From: Octopus sinensis
Taxonomy: Eukaryota
Direction of reading: 5' to 3'
NCBI RefSeq assembly: GCF_006345805.1
Contig: NW_021826273.1
Location: 1-35,880, forward strand
DNA length: 35,880 bases
In this document: positions 11,015 to 24,456 of the stretch, piece by piece
How positions within the stretch are numbered: position 1 is the stretch's first letter
Layout: every line of letters starts with the position of its first letter
The notes under the pieces: model-generated
Databases searched by the model: none
The model's input: the letters and a program-made list of their open reading frames with translations, nothing else
What the model was told of the DNA's origin: nothing
Translations under genes and position numbers: made by a program

Positions 11015-11204
11015 GGTATATATATATTCATATATATATATACACATATATATATTCATATATACATCTATATATCTATGTATATACATATATATATGCA
11101 TATATGTGTATGCATATCTGTATGCATATATGCATGTATATATGTATGCATGCATGTATGCATGTATGTATGTATATGTATATATATATGCACGCATGCA
11201 TGTT

Positions 11205-11245
<41 letters not shown>

Positions 11246-11341
11246 ATGTATCTATGTAGTATGTATGTATGCATGTATGTATATGTATATATATATATAT
11301 ATATAATATATGTATAAATTTCAACTATATATGTATATATA

Positions 11342-11431
<90 letters not shown>
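10913..11431. repeat. Compound (TA)n/(TG)n/(TATG)n microsatellite
   Basis: Direct. Confidence 0.95.
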
Positions 11432-11434
<3 letters not shown>

Positions 11435-11861
11435 AAGCATGTGTGTATGCAAGCATAACATACTCTCACTGTGCAAAGCTATCACCTCTTTCCCATTATT
11501 TCTCTTTCTTTCTGCTCTTCTCCCTCTCCATCTGTCTCCTCTCTCCCTCTCTCTCTCTCTCATTCTCTCACTGCCTCTCTAACGTGCATGTATTCATGCA
11601 TAGTATTCTCCCGTATGTGTCTGTCTACCTGCATATCTGTCTACATGTCTATTTCTCACATTCTCGCTCTCTCTCTCTCACTCAGTCCCTATCTCTTATC
11701 GGCTCTATTCTGCCTTTTGCCTCATGTTTTCTTTACTATTCTCTAACACAAACTCTTCAGCACTTTTCTCTTTACATACGCATAAAAACATATAGAAATA
11801 CATACTTAGATCCTTTTATATAGTCAGACAAGTATACAGAGAGGCAGACAGGCAGGCAAGC

Positions 11862-11957
<96 letters not shown>

Positions 11958-12005
11958 TAATAAATTGATTGATAGATTAATAAATTGATTGATAGATAGA
12001 CAGAC

Positions 12006-12090
<85 letters not shown>
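11862..12090. repeat. (GATA)n array
   Basis: Direct. Confidence 0.97.
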
Positions 12091-12091
<1 letters not shown>

Positions 12092-12894
12092 CTTTCTTTT
12101 ATTAGCCACACAGGGCTGAATACAGAGGGGACCAATACAAATGCAGAGCTTTTCTTTTCGAAAGTGGAAAAAAAAGAAAATAAATGTAAGATTGCGATCA
12201 AAAGGGATCGAGAGGAGGAAAAAATTTATCACAGAAATAATTATAAAAAACATTGATAAAACAAGATTGGGTTCATCCGTGGGAAGAAAAGCCAACAGAA
12301 AAGACCACGGGAACCTCAGTCAGGGAGGAAATAACCACATGAGAGCAAAATGCTCTCTCTCTTTCTTTTTTACGATTTACAGGGTCATGCTCAAAATGGT
12401 TTCGTCACTCACACGCACCATCTTTGCAACATTCACCCATCTTTTTTTGAATCTTTCGCGAGACAAAACTTCCCTCTCCATTCTCACCTTCCTTTTCAAG
12501 TGGTATTTGAAAAAGTTGATGATCGATTGGCCAGAGAGGTAAGTGTTTGCCTCTAATCCTTCCGCTCGGGTCCACCACACACATTCTTTCACCATGGCCA
12601 CCAGTACGATGAAAACTGCCTTGCCTTCCCGGTTGTTGGGAAGGGGGCGGAGCAATTCTCACGATAGACTCGACCGATAGGCGAATTCGTCCCACACGTG
12701 ACAGCAGCCGTTCGGCATAAGCCACAGGTCTGAAATGGTTGGACATTGCACGAGTGCGTGCAGAACGGTTTCGTCGCTCTGACCGCATCTCGGGAGAGTC
12801 GGTCCAGTGTGTCTGGAACCCTGTCTGTAGAGCTTATCCCGAACAGGTAATGCTTCTCGATAGCACTGCCAGGCCAGGGATCTTTGGTGATCAC
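12092..12894 (-). mobile_element. 5'-truncated Tx1/L1-clade LINE (ORF2 C-terminus plus 3' UTR) in (GATA)n
   Basis: Minus-strand RDKLY...PRCGQSDETVLHALVQC (zf-RVT-like), AMVKECVWWTR...FFKYHLKRKVRMERE...FKKRW, stop at 12377; 3' end GTGTGGCTAATAAAAGAAA then (TATC)n. Confidence 0.88.
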
Positions 12895-12912
12895 AGATAA
12901 ATTGATTAATTG

Positions 12913-12913
12913 T

Positions 12914-13005
<92 letters not shown>

Positions 13006-13010
13006 CAGAC
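12913..13010. repeat. (GATA)n array
   Basis: Direct. Confidence 0.97.
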
Positions 13011-13316
13011 AGGTAGGTTGATATGTTTCTTTATTGGCTACACAGAGGGGACAAAATACAAAGTAGAGCTTTTCTTTTTGGGAAGGAAAAAAAAAAGTGG
13101 GGTAGAATTTCCATCAAAAGGGATCGTGGAAAAAAAAAGAAGCCGATCAATAGGGATGGTGTATCACAGAAATGTCAATGGGAAACAGATTAGGTTTATC
13201 CGTGGACAAAAAAGCCTATGGAAAAGACCACGGTAACCTCGGGCTATAATGTTATGCAAAAAAACACATTACAGTAACTCTTTTTTCCTTTCTTTTTTTG
13301 GTTCATAGGATCATGG

Positions 13317-13925
13317 TCAAGATCTCGACGATCCGACGCGGTTTGTCCAAGTCCACGTTGGCACGTTCGGATGGTCGAGTCGGAACCTGTCAGACAAATG
13401 GAAACGTTTGAGCAGGTCTTTGAGGCTCTTACACCCCCTTCTATTCCTATCCCTTCCCACATAATCTAGATGCGTGTCCAAGGTAGCGTTCCAATCCCCT
13501 ACAAACAGTAAAGGTCTAGACGTACCCAGGAAAACCTCTAGACGTCTGAAGAAATCCGCCCGACCCGTTAAGGACGGTGTATAAACTGCCATCAGACGGA
13601 ATGCACGCCCATTTCTGCCATCCACGTCCAAGACAACCAGCCTACCCTCCGGGTCTAGGAATATTGCTCTTACTTTTACATTTAGACTCTTTCGAAAAAG
13701 CACCGCGGTACCTCCACCACCCATGTTTGGCAGACAGGGAGAAAAATAAATGTCAAATTGATTGCCAAACATGGACTCGAGGGCCCGCGGCTTACTGAGT
13801 CTGGTTTCACTGATAGCTACTATATCCACGTTCAGTGACTTGATGTCGTTTAGAAGGTAACCTTGCTTCCAAGCCGACGCCAAGCCACGCGCATTCACAC
13901 AACCTAATTTAAGCATACTTGACAT
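13317..13925 (-). pseudogene. LINE ORF2 N-terminal APE-type endonuclease, truncated
   Basis: CVNARGL, DIVAISETRL, GTAVLF, DPEGRLVVLD, AVYTPS, VGDWNA, DRFRLDHP, WTW; ends at SRS before the expected LD.. and SDH motifs. Confidence 0.93.
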
Positions 13926-14019
13926 TTACGAAAATTGTGTTTTACACACTACATTAGAAGAGACAAGAGGCAAGAGGGGGAGGTCACTTACTCATTTTAA
14001 AAGTTTCATTTTTTTTCTC

Positions 14020-15818
14020 CTACTTTTGTATTGTTTTGATGAGATGTTTGTATAGTTTTTTCGACAGGTATCGTTGAAACCCGCCTACCGCATTCGGAAA
14101 TATTGTTTTCAGTATGTGGTGTTGTGCTTGTGTTATGTGTAAAATTCTGATGTGTTTCGGTGGTGTGGTGTGCGGATGATTGTTTGTCTTAAAGTCATCT
14201 TCACAGATGACCGTGCTGGATGTGATGTAGTCCATTAATTCTTTATTGTCTGTGTCTATTGCAGTTAGTTGTGTGTGTGGTTTTACGGTTTCATTGCGTT
14301 TCTGATTGTCTAGGGGGATGTTGTCCGGATTTAGATATCTCCCTGCTTTACTTCCTTGTTTGGTGGATTTTGGGGATCTTTTCCTTTTACCCCCTGTGGC
14401 TATTTGCCATTCCGTCGAACTTTCGTCGTCCGACGTATCAGTATGGGGTAGAGGCAAAGCATTTGGGTTCATATGTATGCTTGTAGAAATTGTTGATGTT
14501 TTGTGCGGTGTTTGTGTTGTTGTGGTGTTAGGGGTAGAATTTGTCTTCTCGTCACTGTTTTCTGTCTTTTTAATTGTCGTCCTCGGGGTGTGGGTTGTTG
14601 GTCTATTTTTTGTTGATTCGACATGTTGAGTTGGTTGTGACGTCAACGGGTTTGTGTTGGTATGTTCTTTTTGGTGACGTTGTTGGGGTTTGTTTGCTGG
14701 TTTGTTGTTTTTCTTGGCATTGTTCCATAATTGAGTGTGTTGGCGTTGGTGTTGGTGTTGGCAACAAGGGTTTTTTTATTTGTTTTCTGATTTGTTCTTT
14801 CTTGTTTTTTCTGTACCAGAGCACACTTGGCAATTAAATGTTCGGTGCTGCCACAGTTGTAGCATCTAGGTTTTTTTGCCTTCTGCTATAATATATAGGC
14901 TTTGCCCATTTTCCAAATGGATCTTATCCGGTAGGCTCTTGATAGAGGCCCCCTCAATCTGTATGGTCACCACTATAGTTTTTTCATCCCAATTGTCGTT
15001 TAGGTACACGGCGGTTTCCAAAATATTGATAGTTTTCAAATGATAACAGATTGCCCCTGTTATCCAATTGTTAGGAATGTCGGGGGGTACATTTTTAATA
15101 GTGATTCGACTCACTCTCTGATTTTTGTAGTATGGGACCATGATGATATCATCATTTAACAAAGACTCAGTAGAGTGAGCTTTTGCCACTTCCTGGTTAG
15201 GGAAGCGGACCACTACTGTGTTAAACTGGGGACCCCAGTTTATGTATTCTTTTTCTTTCATTGTTTTTTAAGCATTTTTCTACATCCGTTTTTGTAATCT
15301 GTTCATTTAGTTTTTTGTTTTTTCTTATAATTTTATAAATAATTGTCTTATTTTCTATTTCTTGCTTTATGTGTTTGAGGTGTATGTAGCACTAAATCTT
15401 GCCCTCTGGTTGTAAAGAGAGATCTTGTTTCTAAAAGTTCTTCGTTCGTGAAATGTATAATCTGTTTCTTCTGACGCAGAGTGTCAGCGAAATTTGCTGG
15501 TGCTGTTAATTCTGTTATATTAACATCTTCACTATTAGATAGTTCATTTTTATTGTTGTTCTTGTTGTTGCTGTTGTTTTTGTCAATAGTTTTCGTGTGA
15601 GTTTTATTTTTATCATTTATGTTGGTCGTGGTGGTGGTGGTGGTGGTGGTGGAGGTAGTCTCGTGGTTGCTGTTGTTAGTGGTGGTGGTGGTGGTGGTGA
15701 CAGGGCTGTTACCGCACGTGGTTGCAGCGTTCATACCACCGATATTCATGTTTGCACTTTGCGTGCGTACGTTCTTTTTTCTCCTAGCGTTTTCCAAACT
15801 AGGAAAATGCTGGTCCAT
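14020..15818 (-). pseudogene. LINE ORF1 (RRM-like region plus CCHC zinc knuckle), frameshifted
   Basis: Consecutive minus ORFs 15818-15348, 15261-14866, 14833-14603 and 14646-14020; RITIKNVPPDI motif; CYNCGSTEHLIAKC at 14864-14823 after a slip in an A7 run. Confidence 0.85.
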
Positions 15819-16060
15819 AAAGGAACGCGACCAGCGTTCTTACAATAAAATTTCTCGACATTTTCTAATGTCGAGAAGAAAATTACAGAAATGAAATGGG
15901 GTTGAAACTGCCCCTAGGGGCGAATTCCTCCCTTGGAAAAGCACTCAAACGAAAGTTGGGTGCCTTACACACCTTATTTGCAAAAATGTACACAAAATAT
16001 GGGCTATAAATAGTCAAAATAAACGATTACCTTCGGAGCCGAACTGACATCACGTCCGTC

Positions 16061-16194
<134 letters not shown>

Positions 16195-16233
16195 ATAATT
16201 GATTGGTAGATTGATTGATTGATAGATTGATAG

Positions 16234-16593
16234 ATATGTTTCTTTATTAGCCACACAGGGCTGCACATAGACGGGACAGATTACAAAGTAGACCTCTTCC
16301 TTTGGGGGAGAGAGAAAAAAAGTGGGGTAGGTTTTCGATCAAAATGGATCGTAAAAGGGAAAGAAAAAAAAGAAAAAGAAAAAAACGATCAATAGGGATC
16401 GTATATCACAGAAATGTCATGATGTAAAGTAAAAGCCTACGGAAAAGACAACGGTAACCTCGATCAATAATGTTACTTGTTACCACATTTGTTTGCAAGT
16501 AGGTAACCCCCAGTTTAAGATTTGTCCGAGTTCATAGGATTATGCTCAAGGTGGCTTCGTCATTCATACGTGCCATCCTTGCTACATTCACCC
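16234..16593 (-). mobile_element. Short 5'-truncated Tx1-clade 3' fragment in (GATA)n
   Basis: WVNVARMARMNDEATLSIIL* plus 3' UTR ending GTGTGGCTAATAAAGAAACATATC. Confidence 0.88.
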
Positions 16594-16895
<302 letters not shown>

Positions 16896-16896
16896 A

Positions 16897-17084
16897 ACGG
16901 GCAGGTTTACGAAGGCAGGTGGAGTACAAACAAACAATGTATAGTATGACGCTCAGGAATGGAAATAAAACAAATCTTTTACGTTTCGAGCCTACGTTCT
17001 TCGATAGAAAGATACACAGAAAAGAAACAAGGAGAGAAACAAGAAGAGAAAAAAATTGCGTGTAGGGGCTAACGATCCAACATG
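16897..17084 (-). mobile_element. Solo PLE pLTR fragment (diverged subfamily) between (TA)n tracts
   Basis: Minus strand shares CGAAGA.C..., GCTCGAAACGT, TTCCTGAGCGTC and TCCAC with 9471-9706. Confidence 0.72.
16974..17013 (-). ncRNA. Degenerate minimal hammerhead-like motif
   Basis: ATCTTT-CTATCGA-A-GAAC(GTAG)GCTC-GAAA-CGTA-AAAGAT; 6-bp helix I, but core G5 and A6 altered, so probably inactive. Confidence 0.45.
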
Positions 17085-17125
17085 ATATATATATATATAT
17101 ATATAATATATATATATAGATAGAT

Positions 17126-17204
<79 letters not shown>

Positions 17205-17539
17205 AAGAAGGGGAGAAGGAGAGAGCGAAAGAGAGAAAGAGAGAAGGCAAGTGGGAGAGAGAGAACGGGATAAACAGAAGTCAATAGAATGTGTGTGTGT
17301 GCTTGCGTGTGTGTGTCTGTTTATATTTATCTGAATTAAATGTTTTTGTTTTTTTTCGAGTGATGCCAAATGTTTTACGTTTTCATTTTGCATTTCAATC
17401 AACACCATTCGCGAACGCGCAAATACACACATACATACACACACGCACACGCTCAAATACACACACACTCACAAACATTAATTTTTAATCGGCAAAATGT
17501 TACAAAACTTATTCAAGAACTGAGACTTGCATAGCATTT

Positions 17540-18056
17540 ATCACACACACACACAACACATGCTCACACACAAACACATGCTCACACACACACACATCCT
17601 CACACACACACACATGCTCGCACACACATGCTCACACACACACACATGCTCAAACACACACACATGCTCAAACACACACACACATGCTCACACACACACA
17701 TGCTCACACACACACATGCTCACACACATATACATGCTCACACACACATGCTCACACACACACACATGCTCACACACACACACATGCTCACACACACATG
17801 CTCACACACACACACACACATGCTCACACACACACACATGCTCACACACACATACATGCTCATACACACATACTCACAGACATGCTCACATACACACATG
17901 CTCACACACACACACATGCTCACACACACATGCTCACATACACATGCTCACACACACATGCTCACATACACATGCTCACACACACACACATGCTCACACA
18001 CACACATGCTCACGCACACACACATGCTCACACACACACACACACACTTACACACA
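17540..18056. repeat. (CA)nCATGCT variable-unit minisatellite
   Basis: ATGCTCACACACACAC repeated about 30 times with variable CA count. Confidence 0.93.
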
Positions 18057-18089
18057 TGAAAATCGTATACTATATTATGTTTGTAGGTG

Positions 18090-18302
18090 CATGTATGTAT
18101 GTATGTATGTATGTATGAATGTATGTATGTATGTATGTATGTTTGTAGGTGCATGTATGTATGTATGTATTTATGTATGTATGTATGTATGTATGTATGA
18201 ATGTATGTATGTATGTATGTATGTATGTATGTATGTATGTATGTATGTATGTATGTATGTATGTATGTATGTATGTATGTATGTATGTATGTATGTATGT
18301 AT
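18090..18302. repeat. (ATGT)n microsatellite
   Basis: Direct. Confidence 0.97.
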
Positions 18303-18470
18303 ACGCGTTTGAGCGAGCGCGTGTTGCGTGCGTGTGTATACCAAACAGTCCGGTGAGGGAATGGTAAAAAAAAATGGGGGCCCGATGAATATTAAGCAAG
18401 GACATACATAAAAGAGGAGGGGAGTAAGGACAAAAATAATAAAGAAGTGGGAATCAAAACGTCTAACAAG

Positions 18471-18513
18471 CATCATCATCATCATTAATATCATCATCAT
18501 CATCATCATTAAT

Positions 18514-18559
<46 letters not shown>

Positions 18560-18586
18560 ACATCATCATCATCATTACCATCATCA
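18471..18586. repeat. (CAT)n microsatellite
   Basis: Direct. Confidence 0.96.
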
Positions 18587-18864
18587 GTCAAGACACAAAC
18601 CCCACCACTCTGCCCTAAACCCTTCCTTATCCCCACCCAATCCTTAAAGAAGAGTGGCCTGGGTATTTTTTTTCTCTTCTTTCTTTGCTTTGCTGTTCAG
18701 CATCCCTCTCCTGGTCCTTTCATAAACATCAGGCGTACATACGCACACACACACACGTACATTTATATATTGTGTGTATAATACGTACACCAAACATATA
18801 TAATAACATATACAAGCATGCGTATACATACATACATACATACATACATACATACATACATACA

Positions 18865-18896
<32 letters not shown>

Positions 18897-19057
18897 CATA
18901 CTCATATATTTATCCAAGTCTTCGTGAGTTGAGACGAATTCCCGTGAGAATTTTTCTTTTGCTGTGCTGGTATTAAGCTATTATTCAGCACCTCGTTACA
19001 CACGCACGCGCTAGGTCCCGCGCGAACACAAGGGCACACGCATATACATACATACAT

Positions 19058-19094
<37 letters not shown>

Positions 19095-19101
19095 ATATAT
19101 A

Positions 19102-19159
<58 letters not shown>

Positions 19160-19845
19160 TACATACATTTACATACACAGATGAGTATATATATTTACAT
19201 AAACATGCGCAAAGAAGGTCTAATTCGTATAGTAGTTACATTCAAGTACACATTTACATATTACACACACACACAAGCGTGCGAGGACGCGTGCACACAT
19301 TCACACAACCACACGCTCGCATATACACAAAATGTACATACACATAAAGACAAGATACACGTGTGTGTGTGTATGTATATGTATGTATGCGTACATATAT
19401 ATACAGGTACAGATATATATTCATATATATCTGTATATATATGTATATTTATATATAAGTGTATATATACATATATATATATATATATTTATTTATAAGC
19501 ATATATACGCGTGTATGTGTGTGTGTAGACACGCTTACCAATCAATAAAAACTCATATAGATGGTGTTTGTTCGCACATGACGCATCTATGTATGTGTAG
19601 ATATAGGATAAGATGTTTATATATACATACACAGAAGGGAACACATGCTTGGATAGACTTATACATATAAATCTATGAGTAAAACGTACGTGTTTGTTTG
19701 AATGGCCATACTTCAAATCCGTTTATATAAATATATATATGTATATACATGCGTGTCTGTGTGTATACAAACATATACACACGGCAACAGAGGGAGAGAT
19801 AGATAGACACACCCATATATACATCTTTATGCATACACACATAGG

Positions 19846-19889
<44 letters not shown>

Positions 19890-19899
19890 AACACACACA

Positions 19900-19934
<35 letters not shown>

Positions 19935-20330
19935 TCTTTTACTCTTTTACTTGTTTCAGTCATTTGACTGCGGCCATGCTGGAGCACCACCTTTAATCGA
20001 GCAACTCGACCCCAGGACTTAAATTTTGTAAGCCTAGTACTTATTCTATCGGTCTCTTTTGCCGAACCGCTAAGTTACGGGGACGTAAACACACCAGCAT
20101 CGGCTGTCAAGCAATTTGGAGGGACAAACACAGACACACAAACATATGCACACACATTCATATATATATACATATATACGACGGGCTTCTAGTTTCCGTC
20201 TACCAAATCCACTCACAAGGCTTTGGGCGGCCCGAGGCTATAGTAGAAAGCACTTACGCAAGGTGCCACGCAATAGGACTGAACCCGGCACCATGTGGTT
20301 GGTAAGCAAGCTACTTACCACACAGCCATG
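19935..20330 (-). mobile_element. SINE family A, near full length (tRNA head, CORE-like segment, internal microsatellite, tail)
   Basis: Minus: A box TGGCTGTGTGG, B box GGTTCAGTCC, internal (TA)(TG), 3' TGACTGAAACAAGTAAAAGAGTAAAAGA. Confidence 0.93.
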
Positions 20331-20544
20331 TATGTATGTATAAAACAAGTATACATATATATTTTATCAGAATTTAATGTATATATATATTTATATTTGT
20401 TTTGATTTAAAGATTATTTGCTTAAATACTATATGTATGTATATATGTGTATGTATGCATGTATGTGCATGTATATATGTGTACATATGTGTGTACGTCC
20501 TTATGTATGTATAAATATACCTATATACATACATATCTGTGTGT

Positions 20545-20640
<96 letters not shown>

Positions 20641-21063
20641 ATGCGTGTGTGAGTCGACTAAATTACAGTACTGCAGTATTTTCAAATGTTGAGTTTCAAT
20701 TTTTGTTTTCGCAACAACTTTTTTGTTTTATAACGATTCCTATACGTAAGCGATACCTTACTGCAAGGTTGAGATGTTGTTAATACATAAAATATTTTCA
20801 ATATTGCAGCAATTTTAGGATAAATTTTATTTTATTATCAAATTATTTTCAAATTAATACACAACTCGTTTGTACAATCATCTTATCTTTTACCCTTCTA
20901 CTGACTTCACTTAAGACATATAATTCATAAAATAGGAATGTATAGAAAGTATTTTGATTGAGCACTTAGTGGGATCTGTCAGCCTTCACTTTTCAAGATG
21001 GTGTAATTTAATTGTTCATTTTGAATTGATAAAAGGTGATTTTTTCTAAATTTTTTTATATAT

Positions 21064-21101
<38 letters not shown>

Positions 21102-21104
21102 AGC

Positions 21105-21192
21105 GCCAGCCTATAAGCTTGTTTCCCAACCACATGTTTCTGGGTCAGTCTCCCTGCGTTGCACCTTGAGTAAGTGTCTTCTGCTATAGCGT
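21105..21192 (+). mobile_element. SINE family A head fragment
   Basis: TTCCCAACCACATG...CACCTTGAGTAAGTGTCTTCTGCTATAG. Confidence 0.7.
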
Positions 21193-21395
21193 TTTTCTGT
21201 CCTTGTTTCGTATACATTCGATCCTTTTCCCAAGAAATCTAATGCTCGTAGCTTAGTTTTTCCTTGGGGCTGGCCAGATTGGAGCAATCCCAAGACTAAT
21301 CAGCCGAAATTGCCTGAAAATTAGAGGCTTCGAATGACTCGTCCCGTTTTTTTTGTATCGTCTATTTGAATGTTTTGCGTTCTTGTCCCATTTTG

Positions 21396-21475
<80 letters not shown>

Positions 21476-22019
21476 AAACAGCTTTTCTTGTATGCATGTT
21501 TAATTAAATGTATGACTATGTTCAAATTTTATTTTTTTATTCTAAATTTTTCGTATTTTCTTATCAAACTTTTTACAGTTGGTTTGAAACAATAGAGCTC
21601 CTATTCGTTTGTCGTTATCTTTCTTGATCATTTTAAATTTATTTTGTTTTACATTTTGTTTTTGACTTTGAGTAAATAATTAATTTTTGTATTATGATTT
21701 TCTATATCCATGATAAAAAACTAAAAAAAAATATGAAATATGTAAAATAAATTAAATAAAACTAGAACACAGCCATGTATTTAATGCAACATATATATAC
21801 ATATGTATGTATAGATGTACATATGTATATATGTATGAACATGTGTCGCTAAAGGCGTGAAATTGTTCTGAATTTTGGACGATATCTGATAAGGAAAGAG
21901 CATTTTCCGTGTTCATTTGTCGTCTTTCTGTGCAATTTTTTAATCTGTGTGTGTGTGTGTGTATGTGTGTGCGTGTGTGGTGTGTGTGTGTGTGTGTGTG
22001 TTGGGTGTGTGTGTTTGTC

Positions 22020-22225
22020 ACACCCTTTGACAACCGATGTTGTTTTATTTCCCTCCCCGTGACTTAGCTGTTCGGCATAAGAGACCCAAAGAATAGGTAC
22101 CAGACTTTTAGAAAAAAATAAGTACAGCGGTCGATTCATTCGACTAAAAATTCTTCAAGACGGTGCCCCAGCATGGCCGCAATCCAATGACTGAAGCAAG
22201 TAAAAGATAAAAGAAAATATAAAAG
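22020..22225 (+). mobile_element. SINE family A 3' half
   Basis: TTGACAACCGATG...CCCAGCATGGCCGCA...TGACTGAAGCAAGTAAAAGA. Confidence 0.87.
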
Positions 22226-22532
22226 ATATTGATTAATTAATCTAAATATAATGGCATCTATTTTGGAAAGGATTTGTCGAGGGATTGACGAATTAGGGAA
22301 CCAATATCCGGTATTTATCGAGAGGGAGTTAGTTTGTCCTGGAGAAACAAAATTGGAAAAGATGTCACAAGATACAATCGTGTCAACCAGGGTTAAGAGT
22401 ATCTGTATTTATTTATCAACGGGAGAAAAAATTCGATAAAGCATCAAACAAAGACATGATTCGTTCTGTATCCTCTCTGTGTAACATCAAGGTCATGTAA
22501 GTGGACATGTATTCCCCATCTCTCTCTCCCTC

Positions 22533-22566
<34 letters not shown>

Positions 22567-22568
<2 letters not shown>

Positions 22569-23046
22569 CTCCCTGAATAGGGAGGAGCGAGCCTGTTTTC
22601 TCTCGGTAGTTGCTGTGGCGAAAGAAGTAGTATGAAAGACGAGAGTGAAAGGAATTGCAACAGGCATGTTCATCTCCTGTCTTGAGCTAATCGACTTTTT
22701 CGTTTTCCACATGAAACGGAAAATAAGGCTGGAGAAGAAATGCCTGTCGCAAAGTGTGTTTCGTAAAAGATGGAAGTATATAGAAAGTATGTTGCGAGTG
22801 AAAGAACCTGTTTAATCGAGAATGTAAAAAAGGAGAAAGCAAAGTCTTCAGTGTGAGTATGTGGTTTGTGGGGTCGACCGCGTCCTCCGCTTCATTTTTT
22901 GTTAATCACTCATTCTCGTTTAATTGTATATATTTTAATTGTTTGTTTATTCATACGTTTCGTCTCATTCGATACCCTGACCCCAACGTTTGTTTTGTCT
23001 GTCCCCGTATTATCCCCTCTTTTTCTCAACCTTATGGTGAATAAAG

Positions 23047-23051
<5 letters not shown>
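22567..23051 (+). mobile_element. 5'-truncated Tx1-clade LINE (sister family) in (TC)n
   Basis: NREERACFLSVVAVAKEVV*KTRVKG...FFVFHMKRKIRLEKKCLSQSVFRKRW aligns with ORF 12377-12655; ends GTGAATAAAGAAATA then (TC)n. Confidence 0.82.
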
Positions 23052-23107
<56 letters not shown>

Positions 23108-23139
23108 GTGTACGCCGCCTATTAATGAGTATGTCTTAT

Positions 23140-23335
23140 CTTTTACCTTTTGCTTCAGCCAGGGGACTGCGGTCATGCTGGAGCACCATCTTGAAGAGTT
23201 TCAGCCGAAAAAAATATCATCCCCGCTACATATTTGTTTTAAGTCCAGAACTTGCTCTCTTAGTTTCTAGCGTCGAACCGCTAAGTTATGGAGACATAAA
23301 CCAACCGACACTGGTTGTCAAGCGATGGGGGAAAC
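23140..23335 (-). mobile_element. SINE family A 3' half
   Basis: GACTGCGGTCATGCTGGAGCACC...GAACCGCTAAGTT...GGTTGTCAAGCGATG. Confidence 0.82.
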
Positions 23336-23398
23336 AAATTCCAAACACAAATACATATATACATACACACACAAATGTACATGTATGTATTTATATGT

Positions 23399-23437
<39 letters not shown>

Positions 23438-23460
23438 CATATGTATATTTATTTTTATAA

Positions 23461-23875
23461 GTGCAGGCATGGCTGTGTGGTAAGAAGCTTGCTTCCCAAC
23501 CACATGGTTTCGGGTTCATTCCCAGTGCGTGGAACCTTGGGCAAGTGTCTTCTACTATAGCCTCGGGCTGACCAAATCCTTGTGAGTGGACTTGGTTGAC
23601 GGAAACTGAAAGAAGCCTGTCGTATATATATATGTGTGTGTGTGTGTGTATGTATGTGTGTATGTACGTTTGCGTGCCTGTGTTTGCCCCCCCCCGTCAT
23701 CGCCTGGCAACCGATGTTGGTGTTTTTACATCCCCGTAACTTAGCAGATGGGCAAAAGCGATCGATAGAATAAGTACTAGGCTTACAAAGAATAAATCCT
23801 AGGGTCGATTTGTTCGACTAAAAGGCAGTGCTCCAGCATGGCCGCAGTCAGATGACTGAAAAAAGGAAATAAGAA
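23461..23875 (+). mobile_element. SINE family A, full length
   Basis: GCAGGCATGGCTGTGTGGTAAG...GGGTTCATTCCC...CCTTGGGCAAGT...GATGACTGAAA. Confidence 0.93.
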
Positions 23876-23876
23876 T

Positions 23877-23911
<35 letters not shown>

Positions 23912-23937
23912 TATATATATGTATATATATATATATC

Positions 23938-23968
<31 letters not shown>

Positions 23969-24024
23969 TATATATAATATATATATATATACATATATAT
24001 ATAGATATATATAGATATATATAC

Positions 24025-24170
24025 ACGATGGACTTCCACACAGTTTTCGTTCACCAAATTCACTCATAAGGCTCTATTGTAGAAGACCCTTGCCCAAGGT
24101 ACGTGTCGTGCAGTGAGACTGAACCCGAAACCATATGGTTGTAGAAGAAGCTTCTTAACCACCTAGCCAT
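24025..24170 (-). mobile_element. SINE family A head half
   Basis: CCAAATTCACTCA...GTAGAAGACCCTTGCCCAAGG...ACTGAACCC. Confidence 0.8.
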
Positions 24171-24456
24171 GAGGTTTACAAAAGTTGGATCTACATAGCT
24201 ACTGGGACCCCCACGTATACACACTTGGACAAATATATACACAAACACAGACACAGACACACACATAAACATACAAACAAGTAAGCAAACAAACAAACAT
24301 TAATGCGTGTATGTTGTATGTATGTCTTCGCGTATGATGTCACGTAAAATGGCTGCCAATTCGAGCAGCAAAAACCGCCAAATGGCTTGGCCTCTGTAAT
24401 CTATAGTTGCAACACCCATTACGTTGTTCCGCTAAACTTGTAGCTGATAACACCTC

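Larger units (their letters stand above)
13021..16060 (-). mobile_element. Tx1/L1-clade LINE with both ends but RT deleted, flanked by (GATA)n
   Basis: 5' GACGGACGTG at the GATA junction, ORF1, APE domain, then a jump at about 13321 to the last ORF2 codons and a 3' UTR homologous to 12092-12390 and 16234-16550. Confidence 0.9.

Noticed and set aside
18300-19040. Unique islands as possible host exons or enhancers
   Set aside because: No recognisable protein similarity or convincing splice context from sequence alone
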